Shown here piece by piece: positions 35,466 through 46,194 of a stretch of DNA of 61,321 nt. The notes below the pieces were generated by a model. The model was given only the letters and a program-made list of their open reading frames with translations, was not told the DNA's origin and made no database searches. A program made the position numbers and the translations under genes. Numbering within the stretch: the first letter of the stretch is position 1; each line of letters opens with the position of its first letter. This DNA comes from a virus (Duplodnaviria > Caudoviricetes), in the IMG/VR virus record IMGVR_UViG_3300032134_000002, positions 1 to 61,321 of that record; one strand, 5' to 3'.

Positions 35466-36048
35466 TTCAGCAACAAAAGTACCGCAGGGCGCACATGAAA
35501 AAGCACTGGTTGATAATGCAAACACGATTACGGACCGCCATAAAAGTCTGTACCGCCCCCATGAAGCGGGCCTTGTTAAAGAGTCTGGGCGCGATGTTTC
35601 TGGCGTCCTTGGCGGTCGAGCAAATGCTGATATGGCTCAGGCCTTTAGTGGCAGTCAAGGTGCCGGCTTGGGTACTTCTAATTCTAGTGGGGGCTTTGGC
35701 AGCGGTCGCTCTATGATGGGCCAGTCTAAACAAGGCGTTGTCCAAAATAATGCTCTGGGCGGCGCACTGGCATCAGCCGATGGCAAGGCACAGGATGTCA
35801 AAGACACAGCCCAATTGGGCGCACTGACTTTGGGTCAGGGTGGGCGCTCAATTGCCATGAGAGGTTTATCGAATGCCGCTAGGGCTCAAAACGAGGAGCT
35901 GCTGGCCAAAGCACAAGCATCAAGCAGTATGCAGGACACTAACATGGCATTCGGGGCGGACCTAGGAGCGGGTATGTATAGAAAAGCCAACCCATTCGAC
36001 ACTTCAAAAACGGACGAACTGATCGCCCAGTTAAAGAAATTATCATAA
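35458..36048 (+). CDS. Putative internal virion (ejection) protein
   Basis: Gly/Ala/Ser-rich; position. Confidence 0.6.
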   Translation: MGSSATKVPQGAHEKALVDNANTITDRHKSLYRPHEAGLVKESGRDVSGVLGGRANADMAQAFSGSQGAGLGTSNSSGGFGSGRSMMGQSKQGVVQNNALGGALASADGKAQDVKDTAQLGALTLGQGGRSIAMRGLSNAARAQNEELLAKAQASSSMQDTNMAFGADLGAGMYRKANPFDTSKTDELIAQLKKLS

Positions 36049-36058
36049 GGCAAATATT

Positions 36059-36841
36059 ATGGCGCAAGTGAAAGAGTACGAACTCGGAAAAACGTCTAAA
36101 AGTCCTAAAGACCGTTTCGTAAACCAAACAAAATATGGCATGAACGACGCTGCAAAGGACGAGTACAGCCTACGTTCACGCGAAGCCGCAATGAGCGGCG
36201 ACTCATCCTGGGGCGCTATGTCCGAGGCAGAGCGCGTGGGTGCTGCCCGTAAACCCCAAATTGATGCAGCCAATGCACGTAATGGTGGGAACAGCGGCGG
36301 TAATGACGGTGGTAGCCAACAAGTGGCGTCCGCAGTTGAGTCAGGACCAAGCGCAGGCGACACGTTAGCCAGCATTACCCGTGAACAGCTTAAACATTAC
36401 CTAGAGACCTATGGCGACATGGAAGAGGGGATGCTGGCTGACACAGACAGCACCGCCCTAATTGATTCCGCTAAAGAGTCTCAGGCGCTAGGCCAACAGG
36501 TCTCAGCAGGCATGCAGCAACGCACAATGAGCCGATATGGCGCAAGTATGACACCTGCCCAAATGGCCGCTTCAAAACGCATGAACTCATTAGGCAACGC
36601 ATCCTCATATTCGGGGGCTGTAAACAACTCTGTGCTTGACCAACGTGACCGTAACTTAGGCCTGAAATCATCACTGATGGGGATGGGTAATGAACAGCTC
36701 AATACGGCATTGGACGGTTTAGGTTCTGCCGCAGGTATGGAGGCGTCAAGAGAGGCCGCATACCAACGGGATAAAGCAAACGCACATGCGTCAAACATGA
36801 ACATGTTAGGCCAAATTATTGGCTTCGGAATGGGATTCTAA
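36059..36841 (+). CDS. Putative internal virion (ejection) protein
   Basis: Gly/Ala/Ser/Met-rich with hydrophobic C-terminus. Confidence 0.6.
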   Translation: MAQVKEYELGKTSKSPKDRFVNQTKYGMNDAAKDEYSLRSREAAMSGDSSWGAMSEAERVGAARKPQIDAANARNGGNSGGNDGGSQQVASAVESGPSAGDTLASITREQLKHYLETYGDMEEGMLADTDSTALIDSAKESQALGQQVSAGMQQRTMSRYGASMTPAQMAASKRMNSLGNASSYSGAVNNSVLDQRDRNLGLKSSLMGMGNEQLNTALDGLGSAAGMEASREAAYQRDKANAHASNMNMLGQIIGFGMGF

Positions 36842-36843
36842 AA

Positions 36844-38943
36844 ATGGCTGGATATAACAACCCAATTTTAAACGCGGTGCTGGGTCGCCAACAAGCAGAA
36901 TTACAGAACAAGCAGTTTGAGGCATCGTTGGCGATGCAGCTGGGTCAATTCACAGAGGGTAAACGCCAGTTCGGCATTTCGGACGAGTTCCGCAAAAAGG
37001 AGCTGGCTGCGAGAACCCCCGGCTTGGAAGCCACCGCCCAGGCACAACAGCTGAAAAACCGCGCTCTACATCTGCAAGAGGCCTTCCACAACTTCCGTAA
37101 TAATATAATGGACCCTGAGACAGGCGCTTTCCCCACACCCCAACAATTGGCAGCGGACCCTGCATGGAACAATAGGGTCACTGATTTTTACAACTCCCCT
37201 CTCATCAGAAAAGTCTGGGACAACAACGACAGTGGTAAAATATTCAAAGGCTGGGTGCCCGTCAGCGAAAAACAAGCAGTCATGGAACTACACGACCCCG
37301 GCGCGCCCGAAAAAAGAACCTTTGTAACAGAGAAGGGTACGTCCGATCCAGATGATAACCCATTATTGGTGGATGAGGCTGGGTACAACCGATTCAACGG
37401 GCAGATTATTTCACAGATGGAACACGCGTCAGGGATGCTGGGCCAATTTGGGCGCGCCGCCCTACAAGACACCGGTAATGCCAGCCGTGCGCAAACTGCT
37501 ACGGCACTTGAAGCGACGGCCCCGTTAATAACCCGATCGACATTAAACAATGCCGTGCAACCGCAGCAGCAACCACAGCAGCAACCACAGCAACAGCAAC
37601 AGCCAGTAAATACTAGCGGCCAAGCAGTAGTGGAAGTGCCCGCAGCTTATGGCAACGAGGCAGGCCAGCAATTAGACCTGTTGACATCTGGGTCAAATCC
37701 CAGAAAAACAAATGTCACTAACCAGCGCAATATTCGCAATCTGTTAAGGGACCCCCAATGGGCTGTTGGGTTGTCCGACTTCACCCCGGACTCATTGGCC
37801 AACATCTCCGACACCCAGTTACAAGGTGCTGCCGAATTCCACGAAGAAGAGATTGATGTCCTTCAACGCCAAGGTAGAGCTTCGGCTAGGTCGAGTACCG
37901 TAGCGCCCCTAAGCGAGCTAGATGAGGAAAAAATTGTTGGGCACCAGTTAGCCCTGGATGAAATCAAGAAGCTCGCAGCTAATCGGGTCCAGATTGGTCA
38001 AGCCACTGAACAAAACGGGATGGCAAACAAGGCAATTGACAACGCTGTTACCACTGAATCAGTCAGCCAAAATATGGCAACCAATCCACAGATGCAGCAG
38101 ATGCTCGACCAAGCAATACAAGCAAAAGTTGGCACAGAGGGGCAACAAGTAGTAGACACCGTAACCGCTGCGGGGAACAAAATCGGGGGGGTTACGCCCG
38201 GAAAAAAACTGACCAAAAAAGACGTATACCAACTCCTACTACTAAAAAACACCGAGACCATAGATCAGGCTACATTTAACCGGTTTATAGACCACGGTGT
38301 CATGTCTAGCGATACAATAGATCTGGTCAAAAACAACGTCAACAAGCGTGTTGAGCTGGCTAAAAAACAAATGGAGCTGACATCCGACAAGAAAAAAGAT
38401 TCGGATTCCTTCATAAAGACGTTTGATGCCCTGAACGTAAGCGCCAATGAAAACCCAGCGCAGTATTTCACCAAAATGTTTGCTGGCTATAATACGGGCA
38501 AACTGACAACTGACCAGAGTGCGCACCTTAGCATTCAAGTGGGTCAGATGCTCAACGACAGGTTCAAAATCAACTTTTTTTCAGACCCGTGGGACTACCT
38601 CGTTCACGGGACCTTCGACTCGGAAGACGCAGCAGTGGGCATGAGCGGGTATGCGCGTGAAGGGGGTAAGATTTTCGCCATTGACCCAATCACTGGGGAG
38701 AGACGAAACGACATGGACGTGGAACTTACTGACTTTGACGGGGATGTACAAAACTACCTTTCTAATGAGCTCAAAGGCGTTTATGAAACCCGAGCACAGA
38801 ACATTCAGGCTGAAGTTAACCGCGTGTCCAGGAAGATTCAAGAGGGTTTCAGCAGTGTCGTTGAATACAACGCCGCTGTAGCAAAAGTTGCAATGTTGAG
38901 GGAGCAAAGTGCACAGTTGACACAGCTACAGCAGGGTAACTAA
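36844..38943 (+). CDS. Putative internal virion (ejection) protein
   Basis: 699 aa, Gln tract, no Cys; position. Confidence 0.6.
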   Translation: MAGYNNPILNAVLGRQQAELQNKQFEASLAMQLGQFTEGKRQFGISDEFRKKELAARTPGLEATAQAQQLKNRALHLQEAFHNFRNNIMDPETGAFPTPQQLAADPAWNNRVTDFYNSPLIRKVWDNNDSGKIFKGWVPVSEKQAVMELHDPGAPEKRTFVTEKGTSDPDDNPLLVDEAGYNRFNGQIISQMEHASGMLGQFGRAALQDTGNASRAQTATALEATAPLITRSTLNNAVQPQQQPQQQPQQQQQPVNTSGQAVVEVPAAYGNEAGQQLDLLTSGSNPRKTNVTNQRNIRNLLRDPQWAVGLSDFTPDSLANISDTQLQGAAEFHEEEIDVLQRQGRASARSSTVAPLSELDEEKIVGHQLALDEIKKLAANRVQIGQATEQNGMANKAIDNAVTTESVSQNMATNPQMQQMLDQAIQAKVGTEGQQVVDTVTAAGNKIGGVTPGKKLTKKDVYQLLLLKNTETIDQATFNRFIDHGVMSSDTIDLVKNNVNKRVELAKKQMELTSDKKKDSDSFIKTFDALNVSANENPAQYFTKMFAGYNTGKLTTDQSAHLSIQVGQMLNDRFKINFFSDPWDYLVHGTFDSEDAAVGMSGYAREGGKIFAIDPITGERRNDMDVELTDFDGDVQNYLSNELKGVYETRAQNIQAEVNRVSRKIQEGFSSVVEYNAAVAKVAMLREQSAQLTQLQQGN

Positions 38944-41900
38944 TGAGCGGCTTCGACATAGACCAACAGATAGCTGACCTTGAAAAGCAACTAGCCCTTG
39001 AAACAAAAAGCAACGGTGCTATTGGCGACATTGATCTGTTGGCGGCTGACCTAGAAGCAGGGCAAGTAATGACTGACCAAAACCTGTCTGCCATAGAGGC
39101 GGGTTTTGAGGCGGGTCGCAAAGGTCTCATTTCCTCTAAGCATACAGCAGCAGCGGCCTTTAATTATTTAGCAGGGGATGAAGCTACAGCACTCGAGCAC
39201 CTTAAAAAAGCTGAACCGATTGACGGTCAGATTGGTCGTTTATCCAGCCAATATGCCAGTTTTGAAGAGTTTATTGAAGACCCTGGTTTCAGTAACTTTG
39301 CAGAGATGTCTGTGTTCAAGCTGGGGCAAGCTGTACCTTCAGCCATTGAAAGTTTCGCCGCCGGTACAGCTGGCGCAGCAGTAGGTTTCACGTCAGGCGT
39401 GGGCGTGGGGGCAATCCCGAGTTTCGTAGGCGGGGTGGTGGCCAAAGGTCAGATGAAACGGATGGTGCGCGACGCGATCATCGATTACTCAAAAGGCAAT
39501 GCATCTAAGGAAGCTGTGGACGTTGCACAACAGGCGCTCAAATTAGCCGCAATAAAGAGCTTCACAAAAAAATCGGCTGTGGTCGGCGCGATGAGCTCCG
39601 GTTATTACCAAGGTGTTTCGTCCTCTTTTAAAGAATCTATGGTGACCGGCCAAGATCCAACTGATGCCGCAGGCATTGCAGCGTTGATCGGTGTCCCATT
39701 CGCGGTTGCGGACGTAGCGCCTGAAATACTTTTTGTAAAATCACTAGCTAAGCTATCGAAACTGAAGAAAGCTACATCACCGTTAAAGGTATTCGCAGGC
39801 TCTGTTGTGAGACAAGGTTCTGCGGAGACACTTGCCGAGGGCAGTCAAGAGTCCATGATTGTCGCGCAGCGCTTTCAGCAAGACCCAAATTACGACAAAG
39901 CCCGCGCTGTAATGCGAATCGCGGATTCGGCCTATTCAGGCCTTGTTGCAGGCGGCGCATTGGGTGGCGGTTCAGGCACAATCAAAGCCACCATCGCATC
40001 TGCACGGAATATTTTGGACAGTACTCGTCAGCAGATCCATGAAAAAACGGCCCCCGATGCTGAGTCGACAATCAATAATTTCGAGTTCGACGACCTTTCC
40101 CCAGAAGGTATGGCTACCGTCCCGTTGAACGAACTGCTGTACGCCGTCCAAGATACGCAACAAGGGCAGACGTTAGAAGCTGACCCTATTACCCAGGCAA
40201 ACGCAGCCGCTGCGATACAAGAGCTTAATAGGCGCGCCGAGGAGATGGGCCAAAACCGATTCCAAGAGCTTGTACGGAGGGAGTTAGCACAAGGTACTGA
40301 CCCCCAAGAAGACCGCCTTTCCGAAATCGAACAGGAGGTGTTCAACGAGACTGACCTTCCAGAAGCGGGTGCCACTGAGCAGCGCACAGCGCACGGAGAG
40401 CTAGAAGAACAGCCTCAAGGATTCGAGGAAAGGCTACTAGGGAAGAATAAAAAAGGCGATGGGTACGTCCCCGGCAGTCGTGCGATCCGAACTCGCATGA
40501 AGAAACTTCAAGAGGAAAACCCGGGTCGCCAGTACCGTCTAGTACAAAAAGACGGGGCTGAGTTCATCGAAGAGGTCATAGAGAGCAGTTTAGATGTCAG
40601 TGAAATCGTTAATGAAGGCACTATTAAAGCGCGATCCGGCACACAGCAAGGCGGTAAAGACCGTACGCTACAAGCCACTGACCCCCAAGGCAAAAAAATA
40701 AGCCTATCCCCAGCGGAACTTGCGCACGCAGGCATGCGAGCGAACAACAAGGACAAGGCCAATGCGTCTCACATGACGTACCCGCAGTTACTCATGTCCG
40801 GTTTTTTAAGGATGATTCAGGAGTTGGCGGATCGGGGTTTCGTAATCGACCTCGATGCATTACCAGCCAGCACTGTCATCGCGAAAGCTAACGGTAAAAC
40901 GTACACATGGCAACGCCTCAAAAAAGCATGGGCCGCCAGGAAATACACCGAAGAGGGCTCCTCTTTCGATGGTAAGGCTGCGAAAGAGGAGCGCCTCATT
41001 GAAACTGAGGATAGCGTCGTCGAGACGATGCGCCAAATCGAGCAGCTGGAACGGGAATTGGACGCCAGCGCAGAAACTGGCGCTCAGCAAGAAACTAGCG
41101 GTCAGCAAGAAATGCAGCTGGAACGGGAATTGGACGCCAGCGCAGAAACTAGTGGTCAGCAAGAAATGCAGCTGTTGTTTGATGGGCAGAGTATCAACGA
41201 TCAAATTGCCGCAGCAGAAAATGAGCTGGCAGAATTGGACAGCTCCCGCGAAGATCAGGCGAGCGAACTGGAGCGGAACGAAGAAGTAGAGACTGACACC
41301 ATTGCGATGGGTGAGGCTCAGGCTGCGCAGGATGCTAAAAAAGCCCGCATCCTAGATGAGGACGGGAACCCCATTACATACCCAACGCGCAGAGGCACCA
41401 AACCCAAACAACAACGAAAAACAACACCCAAACAAAAACAGGAGGTATTCTCAAAAGAAGAAATTGAGGAAAATGAGGAAGCCCTAAAAGCAGAGATGCG
41501 TTTAGAAGGCATGAAGCCAATAAGGGAACAAATTGAGCAGCTGGAACGGGAATTGGACGCCAGCGCAGAAACTAGCGGTCAGCAAGAAATACAGCCATTG
41601 TTTGATGGGCAGAGTATCAACGATCAAATTGCCGCAGCAGAAAATGAGCTGGCAGAAGTAGCAAAAGCTAGGCAGAAGCCAAAGCCAAAGCCAAAAGTGA
41701 AAGCAAAAGCACAGCCTAAGCCTAAGCCAAAGCCAAAGCCAAAGCCAAAAGTGAAAGCAAAAGCACAGCCTAAGCCTAAGCCTAAGCCTAAGCCTAAGTC
41801 GAAGCTGCACAAACGCGACATGGGCAAAGTGTCCGTGTGGGGGACATTCCCCGATTTGTTTGCAAATTACGCCAATGCAATCATTTCGGCAGTCGGCATA

Positions 41901-44453
41901 AAGACCAAGGTCCATATAATTTGGGCTGAAGACGTTGAGGCTTTTAACGAACAAAATCCAGGTGCCATCGAAGGCGCAGTTATAAAGCATGCCCTTGAGG
42001 GTAAGCAAAAAGCATTTGTTGCCCAGCGAGATGGTAATGCGTACATCTTCATATCTAAAAACTTAGACAGCCCATACCGCCAGGCCATAACCGCAGCGAT
42101 TTTGGGGCACGAGCTCGGGCACGTTTTGTTTAAAGAGAGTATCAATAGCTTGTCAGAGGCCAACCTCGCTAGACTGAAAAAGGCCTACCAAGAGCAACTT
42201 AAAACTAAGAGCAATAAACAGTACACAAATGATGAAGTGGGTTTTGAAGAATGGTATGCAGATCAGGTGGCTGTATGGGCCGAGAAGCAGACCAAGACCC
42301 CAAGTAAATTCACTGAGGCCCATTTCAAACGAGTTGCCGCAAAGATGCGTGAGTTGTGGCGCAAGTCGCGGCAGTTTGTTAGGAGAAATCTAAAAGGGCT
42401 GAACGAAAAGCAGAGGCAGGCTGTTAGGACTAATAAGGACCGTTTCACTCTCGAAGAAACCTTTGAACAATACATGGGTGCTGTTTTAGAGAGTGTCCAC
42501 GGGCAGGAATCGACTGAACAAACGTCCAATGACACAGAGTTCCAGCGCACCTTTGACAGACTACAAGGCACGCCCGTTCTGACCAAGTTACGCGAGGCCA
42601 TGCAACAAGTGTGGGACCTCGGACTCGTTGATGGTTTGCTGAAAGTTATCCTCTCCGCTGACCAATACGCACGGGTGCGTCTAGGAAAATATGGCCCAGC
42701 GTTCGCCAACCTATTTTACCACCGCACCCAAACGTCGAACGATACAAAAGGCGACATGCTCAACAAGCAACGCCATGCCCTAGACAAATGGAATGCACAG
42801 TTTGCCGAGATACTAGGTGAAGATAAAGAGCACGCAAACAAAGTTCTTGCAGAAATGCAGGCAGGCGTAAATATAGACCAGTCTATAGACCCCAAAATGC
42901 GGAAACATCTAGCTGACTTCTTCGAGCGTTTCCACCGCGACTACCTAAAAAAACGTATCCCAACAATAGGGAAGATACGAAACTACTTCCCTATTATATA
43001 TAACACGCAAGCTATTCAGGCAAACCAAACTGCGTTCATCGCCGAACTGAAAAAAGGGGGGCTTACCCAGCAAGAAGCCCAAACCGTAACGCGAACAATG
43101 CTCGAAAACGACGGGGCTTTTATAGAGGACATACCGCACCACGAATTGTTCGGCCCTCAGTTCAATGCCAAGATGCGGCGCAAGCTGAAAAATATGGACA
43201 CCAAGGCATTACAGGACTTAGGTTTCTACCAAAACCCCATGGTGGCAGTACAACTCTACCTAAAACAGGCGACCAAACACGCCGAGTACAATGTCATTAA
43301 GGATGAGGCAGAGGCGCTCATCAACAAAATGCCACCAAAGCAACGCGCACAGGCCCGTAAAATAGTGCTCGGGTATATGGGCCGTTTGGGGGCACACATT
43401 GACCCTACGTGGAACAAATACCAGTCGTACATCGCTGCGTTGCAGTTTGCCACGACCTTACTATTTTCAGTTGTCGCATCGTTTACCGACCTCGGCAACC
43501 CGATTGTTCGGGCAAAAGACATGGACGGTTTTAAAAGTGTACTGAAGAACTGGCGCGCATACATGAGCAAGCAAAGCCGCGAAGAGATGATCGAATTTGC
43601 AGAGCGCATCGGAGCTGCATCACGCGAGGCTGTTCAAGAGGCTTTGCACCAAGCGTACAACTCAGAGTTCATTGATCCGGGCGCACGCAAATGGTCTGAT
43701 AAGTATTTCAAGATGATTGGTTTGGAGCAGTGGACCCGAATGACCCGAATTATCGCAGCTAATATAGGGCGTGATTTTATAGCGAACCACGCCAAAAAAG
43801 CAGCAGCGGGTGATGTACGGAGTGCCCGTTATTTGAGGGAGTTGGGCCTTGATCATGAGACTGCGACTAAGGGGTATAACCGCGAAACTGACACGATAGA
43901 CCTAGCAACGCCGGAAGGCGAAGCAGTACAGGAGGCCATCCTCAAGTTCGTGGATGAATCCATCATCAGACCAAACCCCGCACAGCGTCCTACTTGGGCG
44001 AGTGACCCACATTACATGTTGGTATGGCAGCTGAAAAGTTTCTTCTATACGTTTGGCCAGATCATAGTCGGTGGTGTTGCACGAGAGATGCAATCGCGAT
44101 GGGCAGAAGGGGATAGGGCGAAAGCAGCGTTGCCAGCCATGATTATGTTCGCCGCATTGTTACCGCTAGCAGCGATCGCACTCCAAACGCGCGAAATGAT
44201 TAAAGGGGCATTCAAGGACGACGATCGAGAGGACCCAGAACAAGAGACCCTGGATTACTTATTCGAGCTAGTAGACCGTGCCGGTATTTTAGGCCCAATG
44301 TCCGTTATTAAAATGATGAACGACGCAGGGGACTACGGGCGTAGCGGAGTGGTTACTGCACTGGGCCCAACGGCGGGAACACTTGAAACATTCTTCACTG
44401 GAGATATGGGCGACCTAGCAAAACGTCTAACCCCCATTTACTCCCAATTATAA
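38943..44453 (+). CDS. Large internal virion protein with zincin-like HExxH domain and internal repeats
   Basis: 1836 aa; Gly/Ala-rich N-terminus, GHELGH and EEWYAD, PK tracts, C-terminal hydrophobic helix. Confidence 0.7.
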   Translation: MSGFDIDQQIADLEKQLALETKSNGAIGDIDLLAADLEAGQVMTDQNLSAIEAGFEAGRKGLISSKHTAAAAFNYLAGDEATALEHLKKAEPIDGQIGRLSSQYASFEEFIEDPGFSNFAEMSVFKLGQAVPSAIESFAAGTAGAAVGFTSGVGVGAIPSFVGGVVAKGQMKRMVRDAIIDYSKGNASKEAVDVAQQALKLAAIKSFTKKSAVVGAMSSGYYQGVSSSFKESMVTGQDPTDAAGIAALIGVPFAVADVAPEILFVKSLAKLSKLKKATSPLKVFAGSVVRQGSAETLAEGSQESMIVAQRFQQDPNYDKARAVMRIADSAYSGLVAGGALGGGSGTIKATIASARNILDSTRQQIHEKTAPDAESTINNFEFDDLSPEGMATVPLNELLYAVQDTQQGQTLEADPITQANAAAAIQELNRRAEEMGQNRFQELVRRELAQGTDPQEDRLSEIEQEVFNETDLPEAGATEQRTAHGELEEQPQGFEERLLGKNKKGDGYVPGSRAIRTRMKKLQEENPGRQYRLVQKDGAEFIEEVIESSLDVSEIVNEGTIKARSGTQQGGKDRTLQATDPQGKKISLSPAELAHAGMRANNKDKANASHMTYPQLLMSGFLRMIQELADRGFVIDLDALPASTVIAKANGKTYTWQRLKKAWAARKYTEEGSSFDGKAAKEERLIETEDSVVETMRQIEQLERELDASAETGAQQETSGQQEMQLERELDASAETSGQQEMQLLFDGQSINDQIAAAENELAELDSSREDQASELERNEEVETDTIAMGEAQAAQDAKKARILDEDGNPITYPTRRGTKPKQQRKTTPKQKQEVFSKEEIEENEEALKAEMRLEGMKPIREQIEQLERELDASAETSGQQEIQPLFDGQSINDQIAAAENELAEVAKARQKPKPKPKVKAKAQPKPKPKPKPKPKVKAKAQPKPKPKPKPKSKLHKRDMGKVSVWGTFPDLFANYANAIISAVGIKTKVHIIWAEDVEAFNEQNPGAIEGAVIKHALEGKQKAFVAQRDGNAYIFISKNLDSPYRQAITAAILGHELGHVLFKESINSLSEANLARLKKAYQEQLKTKSNKQYTNDEVGFEEWYADQVAVWAEKQTKTPSKFTEAHFKRVAAKMRELWRKSRQFVRRNLKGLNEKQRQAVRTNKDRFTLEETFEQYMGAVLESVHGQESTEQTSNDTEFQRTFDRLQGTPVLTKLREAMQQVWDLGLVDGLLKVILSADQYARVRLGKYGPAFANLFYHRTQTSNDTKGDMLNKQRHALDKWNAQFAEILGEDKEHANKVLAEMQAGVNIDQSIDPKMRKHLADFFERFHRDYLKKRIPTIGKIRNYFPIIYNTQAIQANQTAFIAELKKGGLTQQEAQTVTRTMLENDGAFIEDIPHHELFGPQFNAKMRRKLKNMDTKALQDLGFYQNPMVAVQLYLKQATKHAEYNVIKDEAEALINKMPPKQRAQARKIVLGYMGRLGAHIDPTWNKYQSYIAALQFATTLLFSVVASFTDLGNPIVRAKDMDGFKSVLKNWRAYMSKQSREEMIEFAERIGAASREAVQEALHQAYNSEFIDPGARKWSDKYFKMIGLEQWTRMTRIIAANIGRDFIANHAKKAAAGDVRSARYLRELGLDHETATKGYNRETDTIDLATPEGEAVQEAILKFVDESIIRPNPAQRPTWASDPHYMLVWQLKSFFYTFGQIIVGGVAREMQSRWAEGDRAKAALPAMIMFAALLPLAAIALQTREMIKGAFKDDDREDPEQETLDYLFELVDRAGILGPMSVIKMMNDAGDYGRSGVVTALGPTAGTLETFFTGDMGDLAKRLTPIYSQL

Positions 44454-44464
44454 GCACCGCTTAT
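44450..44464. promoter_or_regulatory. Palindromic operator copy ATAAGCACCGCTTAT
   Basis: Upstream of an extended -10 TGATATACT (44472-44480) heading the tail genes. Confidence 0.8.
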
Positions 44465-44526
44465 ATAAAAGTGATATACTGGTCTGGCATGTCAATGCTG
44501 AGAACAACCCTTTAACTGAGGTCAAA

Positions 44527-44901
44527 ATGGCTTATTACGACACCATACAATTAGTAAAGGGCGACACGCTGCCTGAACTGAATTTAACTTTGCGTGACTC
44601 CAACACCGCAGCAACCGGCACAACGCTTGATGATGATGACGCATCGACGTGGGCTCCAATCGATTTAACTGGTGCCACGGTACGTTTAAAATTCAAAGCA
44701 CTCGGCTCGACCGACGTTAAATCCACTATTTCTATGGCTAAACACGCCCCCCACACGGACGGCAAAGTGTTTATGCAATGGCCCGTGGGCGTATTGGACA
44801 CCGCAGGCACATTCACCGGTGAAGTCGAAGTGACTTACGGCGACGGCAGTGTGCAGACCGTATTCGACCAGCTCAAATTTAAGGTGCGCGAGGACTACTA
44901 A
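44527..44901 (+). CDS. BppU-like tail/fibre adaptor protein
   Basis: GDTLP.L..TL.D..PIDLTGATV..AGTFTGEVEVTY.DG..QT. Confidence 0.65.
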   Translation: MAYYDTIQLVKGDTLPELNLTLRDSNTAATGTTLDDDDASTWAPIDLTGATVRLKFKALGSTDVKSTISMAKHAPHTDGKVFMQWPVGVLDTAGTFTGEVEVTYGDGSVQTVFDQLKFKVREDY

Positions 44902-45746
44902 TGGCCTTGCGACTAGAAGCGACTAGCGCCCACCTCCAAATTGACAATGTTTATGTTGTCGATAATCGCGCGCGTCTAGCACTTGAGGTCGCAAGCCCAT
45001 TCGCAACACTGGCTGAGCGCCTTTACGCACAGATGGTCGCCGCAGGCATTTGGGTCGACGCCGACAGCAAGAACCGTGTTCTTGCAGAGAGCGCAACCAT
45101 CATCGACGCTACGACATGGGCGCTGACTAAAATGGCATCCGACGGGGTAGCCCCTGCGGACGCGATGCAATTCATACTCACCAAAGGGGTGACTGAGGTT
45201 GTCGCGCTCGCTGAGTCATTGTCCATCACGACATTGAAAGGGCTCACTGATCCGGCCTACACACTCGACACCGCGACGTTGCTGCTTACCAAGCCAATCA
45301 ATGACGCCGTTGCCACACTCACGGACTCGCACTACTACGCCCTGGTTAAAAGCGTCGAGGAACAAATCGCGCTCACTGATGTAATTGATGTGGCCCATAA
45401 CGTCGTGCGCGGATTCACTGACAACGCCGTGCTCGCGGACACATTCGCTCACAGCGTGGAGTTCCAACGCCAATTCACCGATTTTGTAGCGGTTGACGAT
45501 TTTTCAAACGTCGATCGCAACTTCACAGCCAACAAACACAATATTGCAGCCGTGAGTGACCATCTTGCACTCACGGTCGGGTTAGCGCCAACGGACACTG
45601 TGCAGCTAACTGATGTCGCGCGGTTCATCGTCAATCAAGCGCTGACAGATTCTTTGAATATGACTGATGTCGTCGATGTCACGATTATTTACGGGGCGGT
45701 GCCAGTACTCGGCAACGTCTATTTAAACCAATCCACATTTGGGTGA
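44901..45746 (+). CDS. Tail/collar structural protein with repeated beta motifs
   Basis: Repeated L.D.V.L.D units. Confidence 0.55.
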   Translation: MALRLEATSAHLQIDNVYVVDNRARLALEVASPFATLAERLYAQMVAAGIWVDADSKNRVLAESATIIDATTWALTKMASDGVAPADAMQFILTKGVTEVVALAESLSITTLKGLTDPAYTLDTATLLLTKPINDAVATLTDSHYYALVKSVEEQIALTDVIDVAHNVVRGFTDNAVLADTFAHSVEFQRQFTDFVAVDDFSNVDRNFTANKHNIAAVSDHLALTVGLAPTDTVQLTDVARFIVNQALTDSLNMTDVVDVTIIYGAVPVLGNVYLNQSTFG

Positions 45747-46180
45747 TTAAAATGATTAACGATCAGATAAGTCTGACAGGCGCTTTGACTGTCACAAAAA
45801 ACGGTCAAGTTGTACGTGAGATTAACAACTTGGTCGTTACCGCCGGTAAGGCGCTTGTTGCGTCACGACTCGCCGATGCAGGCGCAGTGGTTAGCCACAT
45901 GGCTGTCGGTACCAGTTCGACAGCAGCCGCAGCCGGTAATACCACCTTGGGTGCTGAAGTTGACCGCAATGCACTAACCGTCAATGGCGGCACAGTCTCG
46001 GGCACCGCAGTCACATACGAATGCACTTGGAATGCAGGCGACGGCACAGGGGCGTTGACCGAAGCAGGGCTATTTAATGCGGCTTCTAGTGGCACCATGT
46101 TGGCGCGCACCACCTTTGCGGTGGTGAATAAAGGCAGTGACGACATCGTTACGATTTCATGGGTTGTAACTATTTCTTAA
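45743..46180 (+). CDS. Tail collar/fibre-attachment protein
   Basis: NLVVTAG..HMAVGT..LTEAGLFNA..MLAR..F.VVNK. Confidence 0.65.
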   Translation: MIKMINDQISLTGALTVTKNGQVVREINNLVVTAGKALVASRLADAGAVVSHMAVGTSSTAAAAGNTTLGAEVDRNALTVNGGTVSGTAVTYECTWNAGDGTGALTEAGLFNAASSGTMLARTTFAVVNKGSDDIVTISWVVTIS

Positions 46181-46194
46181 AATTGGAGTAAACG

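Noticed and set aside
38943-44453. Virion RNA polymerase, given the N4-like capsid family
   Set aside because: No polymerase catalytic motifs were recognised, and the protein is much shorter than N4 vRNAP
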